A stretch of 64,000 nucleotides of DNA from Octopus vulgaris (taxonomy: Eukaryota). The stretch lies in the NCBI GenBank assembly GCA_951406725.2, contig OX597822.1, positions 30,938,001 through 31,002,000 of the forward strand, written 5' to 3'. The position numbers were made by a program, and so were the translations under genes. Each line of letters opens with the position of its first letter. Positions within the stretch are counted from its first letter, which is position 1. Under the pieces are notes generated by a model. It was not told where the DNA came from and searched no databases. It saw only the letters and a list, made by a program, of their open reading frames with translations. Below, piece by piece: positions 52,902 through 64,000 of the stretch.

Positions 52902-52945
52902 GATACGTCACGTAATTTCGGTGTGTCTTACGCCTCATCAGCACC
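52902..52945 (-). ncRNA. Aged hammerhead-like motif (canonical CUGAUGA..GAAA)
   Basis: Minus strand: GGUG-CUGAUGA-GGCGU(AAGAC)ACACC-GAAA-UUACGUGA-C-G-UAUC. Positions 16.1 and 17 deviate. Confidence 0.35.
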
Positions 52946-53974
52946 AAATGCTTGCTAACTCAGCCAGCCTTGTTATCGAGAACCAACGACTATTTCGTCA
53001 CTGCTGTCGCTAAGAACCGGCGAGCATAGGTACATGTCAAATGTGGAAGTATTCGAAAGACCTGTTCCACACGCGTTCCACGTATATAGCATTCCCATAG
53101 TCTTTCATCAATCATTTTACAACATACAAGAAATTTCTATACGGTTTACAGAGAAATTAACGTTATACGTCTTCTGGTAACAATTCTAATTGCTGTACGA
53201 TTGGCTTTTAGACGAATTCATAGATACGTTTTCCTTCTTATTTACCTGAAGATCTAAACATTATTGTGAAAAAATCATTTGTGATAAAAAGCTAATATTA
53301 AATATCTACGATTTTTTATTTATCTCCAGGAAATGTTTTGAAAAAATTTATTCACTAATTTTCGCTCATTGTTTATTACCTGCTGATTTTTTTCACTAGT
53401 TATCCGAAAGATAAATTCCAAAAATTCTGTTACTATTTTAATCACTTTAATGATATATTTTATTATTCTTCTGGCACCGTACTTTTTATATTTGTGCTTC
53501 GTATGCCACTTTTGGAAAGTATTCCTTGAAGGTTTTATTATAATATTATTTTTATATTTTCTTTGAATTTATTTTTTTTCTTACAGAAAAAAATTTAACA
53601 TCCTTACAGCCATTCCTAGAATGAAACAAGTGAGTCTTCCGTATGACTAAAATTTCAAAAAATTATTTCAAGATATTATTTATTTTGCATAAACTGACGA
53701 GTTGATGATTATATGGGTAACTATAAATATATATATATACACTATTATTCTAATCTAATAATATCTAAAATGAAAATGTGGTTTAGATTATCAAATACAT
53801 TAATTTCAATAAATGAGGGCTAAATCACTATAACAAGTGACTAATATCTCGCAGTACCTCGGGATTCTACAGGTCAATCGAACGAATTTTTACAAACGCC
53901 AGTACCTGACAGAAAAAGCAAATTTTCCTAGGTTATAATCGAGCTACAACTTCAGATCCTCCCCTTATTCATTA

Positions 53975-54151
53975 TCTTCTTCTTCTTCTTCTTCTTCTTC
54001 TTCTTCTTCTTCTTCTTCTTCTTCTTCTTCTTCTTCTTCTTCTTCGTCGTCGTCGTCGTCGCCTTCTTCTTCTTCTTCTTCTTCTTCTTCTTCGTCGTCG
54101 TCGTCGTCTTCTTCTTCTTCTTCTTCACGCACACACACACGTACACGCACG

Positions 54152-54232
<81 letters not shown>
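53975..54232. repeat. (TTC)n/(GTC)n then (CA)n(TA)n microsatellites
   Basis: Directly visible; source of the poly-K and poly-E ORFs. Confidence 0.95.
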
Positions 54233-54233
<1 letters not shown>

Positions 54234-54972
54234 TGAGGCTGTCTATAAAACATTTGCTAAAGATTGAGCAATCGTTGACAGAATGATAAATTTAAGTGCA
54301 ATATTGAAAGTTTGTTTAACCTCTGTCACTGTTCAGGTGAAAAGGAAATCGGAGAACAGTGTTAAAATTTTCGAAATATTAAAAATGATGATACAAGTGA
54401 TCAAAATGACAGCTCAGCTACAAGAGAAGCTTTTAAAGATTTTCATGAATTCCACGTAGTTTATACGCTTCACTACCCGGCTCATTCATATGCTGCTATC
54501 GCCACTATATAATGTTACTTTCGACAGTGATAACTTGCTTCAAATATGTTACTTGCTAATATTTGTTATATCTGCAACATCGATCACATAACTTCAGCTC
54601 TTTCTGCTGAACATAAAATTTGGAAACCTACTTTGCTAAGCCTTAAAATGCGTTCGTCTAGATAAATATAACATAACGCAGAATGTAACTATTATTCCTG
54701 TGAATAAATTTTTATAACGTCACATTCGTTGAAGAGACAAAGAAAATTGAATTTCTTACAAGTTCATTCTTTATTATATGAAGAGAAATTTGTGCATTTG
54801 AGATATAATATATTGCCAGCTGAATGCACATCTGGTTATTTAATTTCAAAATCGCTAATATCTTCTAGCCAACGAATATGTCATTAGTAATACATTAATG
54901 CCTTCCAATATAATCAAATGAAAATAGAATAAATAAATACTTCAAAAAGTGTTTTTACGGCTGCATTAGTAT

Positions 54973-55381
54973 ACTCTTTACTCTTTTACTTGTTTCAGTC
55001 ATTTGACTGCGGCCATGCTGAAGCACTGCCTTTAGTCGAGAAAATCGACCCCAGGTCTTATTCTCTGTAAGCCTAGTACTTATTCTATCGATCTCTTTTG
55101 CCGAACCGCGAAGTTATGGGGACGTAAACACCCCCACATCTGTTGTCAAGCGATGTTGCGGGCGGGAGGGGGCACAGACACACAAACACATACTTACACA
55201 TACATATATATATATATGAATATATACGATGGGCTTCTTTCAGTTTCCGTCTACCAAATCCACTTTGGTCGGCCCGGATCTATAGTACAAGACATTTGCC
55301 CAAAGTGCCACGCAGTGGGACTGAACCAGTAACCATGTGGTTAGTAAGCAAGCCACTTATCACACAGTCACTCCTGTGTCT
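54973..55381 (-). mobile_element. SINE family A
   Basis: Full-length reverse-strand copy. Confidence 0.9.
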
Positions 55382-55849
55382 GCATGTAGACTAATAGGAG
55401 AAAATGTAGCAACATCTAACCATTGAAAAACAAGAGGCATTAAATACGATATCAAATGGAGTCTTGTTAATATGCCCTTGTTTTACATTAACGGCAGTAA
55501 AAAAGGGCTCTCTGGTGAGGGAGAAATAACAAAACCTGAAAAACGCATTACAACAAAGATATGTATTGATATTTATATACCAAAGTCGGGTACAGCAGAA
55601 AAGTATTTATTACTAGTTTTATTGAACCCCATGGAAACAAAATATATGCTGTCGGAATGTATAGCACAAGGCTGAGTACAGGCGTAAAGCAACGAAATCG
55701 AGGTAAGGGAGTATATCTACTTAGTGCAAACTGTGAATGTCCGCTGTGATATGGATTCTGAAGTCTCAAAGAAAATAACGTTGGATAGAAGGCATTTAAC
55801 TCAATAAAGGATGTGACCCCAGCAAATTTAGACAATACCATAATAAGCG

Positions 55850-56811
55850 TAATCCTGTTTCAACGGTGATTGTAGTAATTCCGAACCGGGAACTACAGCC
55901 GAGAAGACGAGCCTCGACCTGGAAAATCTGTAGGGCTCGAAGAGGACGTTCTGGAAAACCTAGTCGAACAAAATCCCATCGTAACTGTTGAGGAAATAGC
56001 AGAGAAGCTTGGATTTGCTTATTGAACCATTCATAGACACCTGCATGCCATCGGAAAAGTCAGCAAATTGAGGCAATAAATTCCTCACAAACTTTCTGAG
56101 TTTGATCGCGCGCAGAAAGTGAATGTGTGCTCTTCTTTGCTCTCACGTCTCACGAATGAACCTTTTTAAACTGAATAGTAACTGGAGGTGGAAAATGGGT
56201 TCTCTATAAAAATATGAAACGACGCAGACAGCGGTTAGGAAAAGGCCAAACAACGGTACACCAGGCTAAAGAAGGTCTTCACCCACATAAAGTGTTGTTA
56301 TCTGTTTGGTGGGATATGAAAGGTTCTTTTAACTTTGAAGTTTTAAACCCAAAACAAACAATAACAAAGCAGATCTACTGCGAGCAGCTTGAGTAGCTTA
56401 AATGAGAGCTTGAAGAAAAACAACCATCCTTGGTTTCACGGCGAACTGTGTTCTTCAATTAGGATAATGCTCGGCCACATACAGTGAGGATAACATGCCT
56501 AGGGCTGTTTGGATGGGAAACAATGCCCCACCCATCATATTCGCTGGACATTGCCAAGTCTGATTATCATTTATTCCGAATGCTTCAAAATCATTTGGAG
56601 GGAAAAATATGAAATCTGTAGACAAGGTCGAACAGTAGTGCAGAAGTATTTTTTATCCTGGACAAGTGAATTTTGGAAGAGGGGCCTTGGAAGTCTACCA
56701 GGTATTGTAGAATAAGAGAGATTATATTTCAGATTAAAAATGAACTTTGTTTATATTAATTTTGAAAGATAAAAGTATTAAAAAAACGCATTATTTATGG
56801 GTGACCCAATA
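55850..56811 (+). mobile_element. mariner (DD34D-like) transposase pseudogene with right TIR
   Basis: DEPRPGK..LVEQNP..TVEEIAEKLG, IPHKL, IVTG..KWVLYKN, HPHKVLLSVWWD, DNARPH, HPSYSLDIAKSDYHLFRMLQNHL (degenerate WVPHxL and YSPDLAPSD motifs). Ends aaaacgcattatttatgggtgacccaata; left TIR not found. Confidence 0.92.
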
Positions 56812-57227
56812 CACATACACGCACACACCTATAGTGTAAAAGAAATGGGACAAAGAGAAGCAAGTCAATGTGGTAATCGGCAGAAATATGGCCGATAGAA
56901 CGAACGGGGTTTTGTCAAATACCATAATTCATAACTTTATAAACGCTTTATTTAGTGAAATTATTCTCTTTCCGATTGATGAGATAACAAATGATCTGTG
57001 CCAATGCCGAATAATTCTGACTATGGAAGGGAAATAATTTCAAGTATCAATAAATTTCATGAATTGACATTGCCATTAAGCAAACAGTCTGATTGTCTGG
57101 AGATACGAGTGTAGCTGTGGATGTCATTAACTGAACATTTTCCTGTCACGAATCCAAAAGTTGGGACAAATACAATGAGTATTACCCAATTCACACGTTT
57201 TCGAAAGAGATTCTGTATGTGTGTGTG

Positions 57228-57278
<51 letters not shown>

Positions 57279-57621
57279 AAGTGTAGAAGTGTGTGTAAAG
57301 CTTAAGAAGAAGATAAAAATGTAGATAGAAGCCTGGAGTAAAATATTTTAAAATGAAGATCGATAGGGTTAGGGAAAGAGGTGTCGGAAACGCATCTGTA
57401 AAAGAGCAATTGCGATTTATCAATCGATTCATGAATACATCTTAAAATTTATCTCTATTTATATATCCGCTTATCTCTCTATAAATGGATGCATGAGTTG
57501 ATAAACCGAAAACAACCACACGTACACACCGCAGACCCTCACATATATTGAAACGTATTTGAACGTAAATCGCTAATTGCGCATATAGGACTCGCCGGTA
57601 TTTATGAATGCATTTGTGTAT

Positions 57622-57686
<65 letters not shown>

Positions 57687-58412
57687 CATATGTATATATG
57701 TACAGGCACACAAAATAGCATTTCCGCTACGTGTAATAAAACTTGTCATGTAGATCGCTACTCCTCTGTTCAGTTTCCTTCTAGGTCTATTGTATATTTT
57801 TACCAATGTGTTGGTAAAGGAGTAGGTACAGCTGCAGTAATTGACTATAGCGTAACCTGTAAATGAAAGACGTGGGCCACTATCTGTTCAATAGAAATAA
57901 ATATTCAGTATTTTAGCTTAACATCTACTTTAACAGAAGAAAAACACACATACTCACTACGCAAATCCGCAAATACTTAAAGACACAGAAATACAGACAG
58001 AAATAGACAGATGATAATGCATAGACAAGCATTAGAGTAAAGTCTCCGAAAACGATTAGTATTTTGGTAATAAAAAGAAATATCTTAAGTACTATTTATT
58101 GAGATACGCATTATTAATATTACGAACGTCAAGCCTGGCAAATACTGAAAACAGAACTAATATCCTATAACTGCTTTCTCTGCTGTTGTCGTTTATTGAG
58201 AATTAATTCTTTACGAATCAAAGACAGCATCATCTCGTCTTAACTTTATTTACAGCTTTCTGTATTCAACTAAAGGCGGCCATATTAAACAGATGTGAGA
58301 TTATATATTATTACGGAGCCGGCAGATTCCCAATGTGATCGCTGTTTTAAGTTTTGAATCGATAGTATTCTCTTTTCCTCAAATGTATCTATAGTCTAAT
58401 AAAAACAATTTA

Positions 58413-58459
<47 letters not shown>

Positions 58460-58680
58460 ATTCATTCACTCACTCACTAATGCATATACAGACTCCATCT
58501 CTCTCTCACACACACACTATCTTTTTCTCTCTTCTCTGTATGTCTATGTGTCTGTCCCTCCCTCTCTCTCTCTCCTTTATCGTACCTTCAAAAGTGCAAT
58601 GAAGTTCTTTTCTGAAGCTTCGATTAAGCTATAGTTTAATGCATAAGCACACAACTATGAGTGCATTGCACATAGAGGAT

Positions 58681-58903
58681 ATAGACACGCGAGATAACTC
58701 GCATCAGGTCGTGTTTGATTTTTTTCGGTGGTATGAAACGTTGGGATAAACCAGTAGAGATACCAGTTGACACCATTTTGCATATAGTCATAGACAGCGA
58801 TTTAGCTTGCATCTGTCCTCGTTCGGGTATGCATCACGAAAAAGAATCATCTGTGGTTATTGCTCTTGAATGGGACGTGATGCGAGTTATCTCGCTTGTC
58901 TAT
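58681..58903. mobile_element. 223-bp MITE-like element with 30-bp TIRs
   Basis: atagacacgcgagataactcgcatcaggtc (58681-58710) versus gacgtgatgcgagttatctcgcttgtctat (58874-58903), 2 mismatches. TA on each side is compatible with a TA TSD. Confidence 0.7.
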
Positions 58904-59117
58904 GATTTCTAAATGTTTTAATAACAAGCACATTGACGAGAATATAATTTCTTATGCCTATAAGTGCAGCCTACCACGAACTAGCAGGTCACATACCTTG
59001 TGTATGCGTTTGATATTGTGTATATATATACATATATAAATAATTAATTAAAAAACTAGTAAAAGCCCAAAAAACAACGCGAAGATACGGTAAATGCAAA
59101 GTATTATACATACATAT

Positions 59118-59247
<130 letters not shown>

Positions 59248-60336
59248 ATAAGATCGTTATTTAAATATCGAACTTATCAAGTGGCCAGCATGGGAATAAA
59301 AACCTGCAAATGTAATAATTATTATTAAAATTATAATTTAGGGTATCAAAGAGATAACACCACGTTTGAAATAGAAGCGAAAATCTAACTCTAAAAGCAC
59401 ATTAAAAGTTCATACAGCACCAGGAGAGAAGACAAGAAGGTAAAATAAACTAGCAAGAAAATTACTAGATAATTCCAGAAGCATTGTGGTATCACTTAGA
59501 TACCCTAAATTATAATTTTAATAACTGTTCTCAATCTCCTACAGCACTCTCTTCAGGCGAGACTTCTCAACACTTTTGGGCGGTTCGCAATCTTTGTCCG
59601 ATGTCTTATAAGTATCTTCTTTTCCCTAGGAATTCTGTTTTTGTGTATGTTGGCCCTGCGCTCTGGGAGATATTTCTCACATATAACTTGCATTATGACA
59701 ATGAAATATTTGTTTCGTGTAAATGTCTGGTGTGGAGAGACATTTGGACCAATCCTGTTTGAGGATCTATTTCTCAATTAACTTCTAGTTCCATTTGGAG
59801 AGATTTTAGGAGTTTCGCATAAGCTGTACGTCTGTACGGTATTTTTGTGCATAAACAGACAGCTCTATTATGTTGCTTATCCGAGACCAGCATCGGTGTC
59901 TATTTAACATGATGTTCAAATTGTTTGTGAAGCAGTATATTGTTTGCCCTGCTTGGTTGCAGCACAATTTGCTCCATAGAATAAGCATTGATAAGGTGGA
60001 ACTGGATACATACATACAGATGCACACACACACACATATACACATACACATACATACATACACACATACAATGGTGCATGCATCCATGCATAGGCATACG
60101 TACACTGACCCCCACACATGCGCACAAACAAACAAAAAGTAACGCAGTGTAAATAACTGACAGAGACAGAGTCAAGGTTGTTGAAAAGGTTGCAAGACGC
60201 AACGAAAATATTTGGAAAATAAAAGATAAGAAATAAGTGGAAATTTTACCGATGAATGTGTTACATTATAAGGTACAAAAAGAAAATGACTCTCCCTAGA
60301 CACAACAGTATATATATATATATATATATATATATA

Positions 60337-60496
60337 CGTTACGTTCTGAGTTCAAATTCCGCCGATGTCGACTTTGCCTTTCATCCTTTCGGGGTCGATA
60401 AATTAAGTACCAGTTGCGCACTAGGGTCGATGTAATCGACTTAATCCCTTTGTCTGTCGTTGTTTGTCCTCTTTGTGTTTGGCCCCTTGTGGGTAG

Positions 60497-60500
<4 letters not shown>
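60337..60500 (+). mobile_element. SINE family C, 5'-truncated, between (TA)n tracts
   Basis: acgttctgagttcaaattccgccga..ccccttgtgggtagtaaa. Confidence 0.88.
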
Positions 60501-60528
<28 letters not shown>

Positions 60529-62058
60529 CGTACAAATACGTACATATGTGTGTGTTTGTGTATGTATGCATGTGTAGGCTCGTAGTAGGTCATTTATTTA
60601 ATCAATGTAGGTGATTATTTATTTGCATATGTATGCTAGTCACTGAAAATATATATATAATTCATAACCATAGTATATTCCTAAAATATTGCGTATTTGG
60701 TTGGGAAGATAAATAATCAAATACATGTTGATTTGAGAATAAAGAATAAAGATTGCATTAGTTGTAAAAGAACGAAATAAAATTTTCCATAGTCTAGCGT
60801 CGTCTGTAGATTTTGTAACTCTACGTTTAATAAAATGGAAGTTATTTGATCAAGAAAAAGACTGGGAAACTGTCAGGGAACTTCTCTGATATATGATGTT
60901 AATGTAATAAAATTGTCCACTGGCGTAGATCGTTTGGTTTAAATGGGAGTTAAGATGAATTGTGTTCATTCTGCATTTCTGAGATAATAGGCAATTTATG
61001 CCACGCGTTTCTTTGGGACTCAGTAAAACGTATTCAATATAAATATCAAATAATTACAAAATAAAATAAACACTGTCAATTCGTTTGCAATGACTTTCCT
61101 GACGAAAATTTGGGCTTCTGAAGCATTGACTAGATATAAGTTGCGAGATAGATATAAAATGTGTTAGTGTTGCTGAAATTTCCAAAATCAATACTGATGT
61201 CAACAGAATTTATTTCTCTAGTAAGGTGAATGGCTGTGATTTACATCTGTATTAACATCATGTGAGATTCGGTTTTAATACTCGTGCAACAACGTGTATA
61301 CTTTGTATTTATTATTGGGCAATCTGCGCGAATTAGACAGCACAATATGTGCTAGGAATACACTTTGCCCTTTCTACACTTCCTGTCGCGGATTATAGTA
61401 TGGCATTCTGTCCATTCTGACTGACCTTCATTTTGAACTCTAAACACATATTACTATACAATTATCGATTATCCGTTATTGATAACAATTCTCTGCGTGC
61501 TTTCTTTAAACATCATTTCCCTACCACATGCATTTGTCTACTTGTGTATCTATGTCACAACAAGCGTAAATTTCTCTCTATCCATTTCTATTTATATCTG
61601 AACAAGCTGTTTCCTCATGGCTACAGTCACTCCTTTTCATCTACCAATCGTCTGCAAATCTCCACATCATGCACCACACACATTAATCATACAAATATAT
61701 CACTTCAAATAACTCAATTATTTTCTTCTCTTTTTCATTCTTCATTCGCCACCTGGAATTACGAATTTCGTAGAATCTATCAGATGTGGTTCCAAAGTTT
61801 TTGCTTCTTCATAATTATATTCAAACATCAAGGATTGCTGGGAATTTACAGCAAAAACACACTTATCGATGATGGGCATGAGATATACTAAAAAAAACCA
61901 TTTGGGTAGAGAAGACTTCTCATCCATTTGCCCATATACCTTTATATAAACACATATCTGTTTGAGCGGTCTTAATTTCACGTACACATATACATTTTTA
62001 CATACACACACAGAGATGCATGTATGTATATATGTACGTATGTGTAAATATATATATA

Positions 62059-62291
62059 TCACCGTGATCACCGTGACCGACCAGGCTATCAGATGTTGCT
62101 ACACATCGCTGGTCACAATCCGCTTCGCATTGTTTTAGCCTTCAAATGACGCCACCCCGCTCGCTAAGCGAGCAGGCCAACAGGAGAAAGAGTGAGAGAA
62201 AGTTGTGGCTTAAAGAGTACAGCAGGGATCGCCACCACCCCCTGTCGGAGCCGCGTGTAGCTTTTAGGTGTTTTCGCTCAATAAACACTCA
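62059..62291 (-). mobile_element. SINE family B, 5'-truncated
   Basis: Matches 11925-12186, including the atcaccgtgaccgacc tail. Confidence 0.88.
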
Positions 62292-62404
62292 GAGGGAAAG
62301 TTTCACTTACTGTAAGATCCCAACTGATTAGTATCTTTAAATTACTTAAAAACTTTACCGTCTGACACAAATATTTTACTTTGCCTTCTTAATATATTAC
62401 GGTG

Positions 62405-62665
62405 TGGAGGCCCATGGCCTAGTGGTTAGAGCAGCGGACTCGCGGTTGAGGGATCGCGGGTTCAAATCTCAGACAGGCGATATGTGTGTTTATGCGCAAA
62501 ACACCTAAGCTCCATGCGCCTCCAGCAGAAGGTAGTGGCAAACTTCTGCTTACTCTTTCGCCACAACTTTCTCTCACTCTTTCCTGCTGCATCTTGCAGC
62601 TCACCTGCGATGGACCGGCGTCCCGTCCAGGTGGGGAACCTATACTCCAAGAAAACCAGGAGACC
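62405..62665 (+). mobile_element. SINE family B-related element with a different 3' part
   Basis: tRNA-like head tggcctagtggttagagcagcggactc..gggttcaaatc and shared middle (ccacaactttctctcactc), then cctgcgatggaccggcgtcccgtccagg. Confidence 0.8.
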
Positions 62666-62920
62666 TCAGACATGACTCGAGAAGGAACAATTAAAACACA
62701 ATATATTACGGTAGTACAAGCCATTTTTAGCTTTCTCAATCTACCCTCTTCTGACTATTTCACTTCCAGCCACAGAACGCTTCTTTGTATTGCTTTCATT
62801 TGTACAGTATTTTTTCAAGAACAAACTGTTTTCAACACCTATCTGTTTAATACATTCTAGCACGTTTATCACCAGGCATTATACTTCATCATTACTCCCT
62901 CTTTATTCCATTTTATTTAT

Positions 62921-63134
62921 ACTCTTTTACTCTTTTACTTGTTTCAGTCATTTGACTGCGGCCATGCTGGAGCACCGCCTTTAGTCGAGCAACTCGACCC
63001 CGGGACTTATTCTTTTGTAAGCCCAGTACTTATTCTATCGGTCTCTTTTGCCGAACCGCTAAGTGACGGGGACATAAACACACCAGCATCGGTTGTCAAG
63101 CAATGCTAGGGTACAAACAGACACACAAACATAT

Positions 63135-63165
<31 letters not shown>

Positions 63166-63336
63166 CATATATACGACAGGCTTCTTTCAGTTTCCGTCTA
63201 CCAAATCCACTCACAAGGCATTGGTCGGCCCGGGGCTATAGCAGAAGACACTTGCCCAAGATGCAGCGCAGTGGGATTGAACCCGGAACCATGTGGTTGG
63301 TAAGCAAGCTACTTACCACACAGCCACTCCTGCGCC
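62921..63336 (-). mobile_element. SINE family A, near-consensus copy
   Basis: Full length. Confidence 0.92.
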
Positions 63337-63440
63337 ATCTTATCTTATCTCATTTTTATAATCTCATTTATTTATTCCTTTCTCATCCAACTTAATTCAT
63401 TGCTTTGACGTAAATTTCATTATTCTTTTCTTTTTTTCTA

Positions 63441-63665
63441 ATCTTTAATTTTTTTTTCAGTCATTTGACTGCGGCCATGCTGGAGCACCAACTTTAGTCG
63501 AGCAAATCGATCCCATGACTTATTCTTTGTAAGCTTAGTACTTATTCTATCGGTCACTTTCGCCGAACCGCTGGGTGACGGTGACGTAGACACACCTGCA
63601 TCATGTGTCAAGCGTTGTTGGGGGCAAAGACAGACACACAAACACAAACACACACGCGCGCACAA

Positions 63666-63702
<37 letters not shown>

Positions 63703-63874
63703 CATATATACGACGGAATTCTTTCAGTTTCCGTCTACCAAATCCACTCAAAAGGCTTTGGTCGGCCCGAGGCTATAGTAGAAGACACTTGCCCAAGGTG
63801 ATACGCAGTGGGACTGAACCCAGAACCATGTATTTGGTAAGCAAGCTACTTACCACACAGTCACTATTGCGCCT
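63441..63874 (-). mobile_element. SINE family A
   Basis: Full length, tandem with the previous copy. Confidence 0.9.
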
Positions 63875-63895
63875 AATGTATATACATACACACAT

Positions 63896-63963
<68 letters not shown>

Positions 63964-64000
63964 AAATTAGAGATAAAACCACTATTAGGCAAATCAAACA

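Noticed and set aside
62405-62480. tRNA gene-like sequence (also 27010-27080)
   Set aside because: A and B boxes are present but continue into a SINE body; no complete cloverleaf with acceptor stem and terminator.

Overview
AT-rich, microsatellite-dense animal genomic DNA. The repeat content resembles a coleoid cephalopod, probably Octopus; this is recognition of SINE and mariner sequence from memory, not a database hit. I find no intact protein-coding gene, and most listed ORFs are translations of simple repeats. The window is a transposon graveyard: three tRNA-type SINE families (called A, B, C here, about 25 copies), a 5'-inverted RTE LINE, a Tx1/L1 endonuclease fragment, two Penelope-like (PLE) remnants, DD37D and DD34D mariner relics, and several hairpin or MITE-like elements. 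The most interesting signal is a set of 6-8 minimal type I hammerhead-ribozyme-like motifs with palindromic helix III. Most lie in short (TA)n-flanked, PLE terminal-repeat-like segments, and four with unrelated flanks share a non-canonical CCGANGA core (U4->C). There is also a complex local inverted duplication (11.4-12.8 kb) and a few isolated candidate exons. Repeat boundaries were read by eye and are approximate (about +/-10-20 nt).
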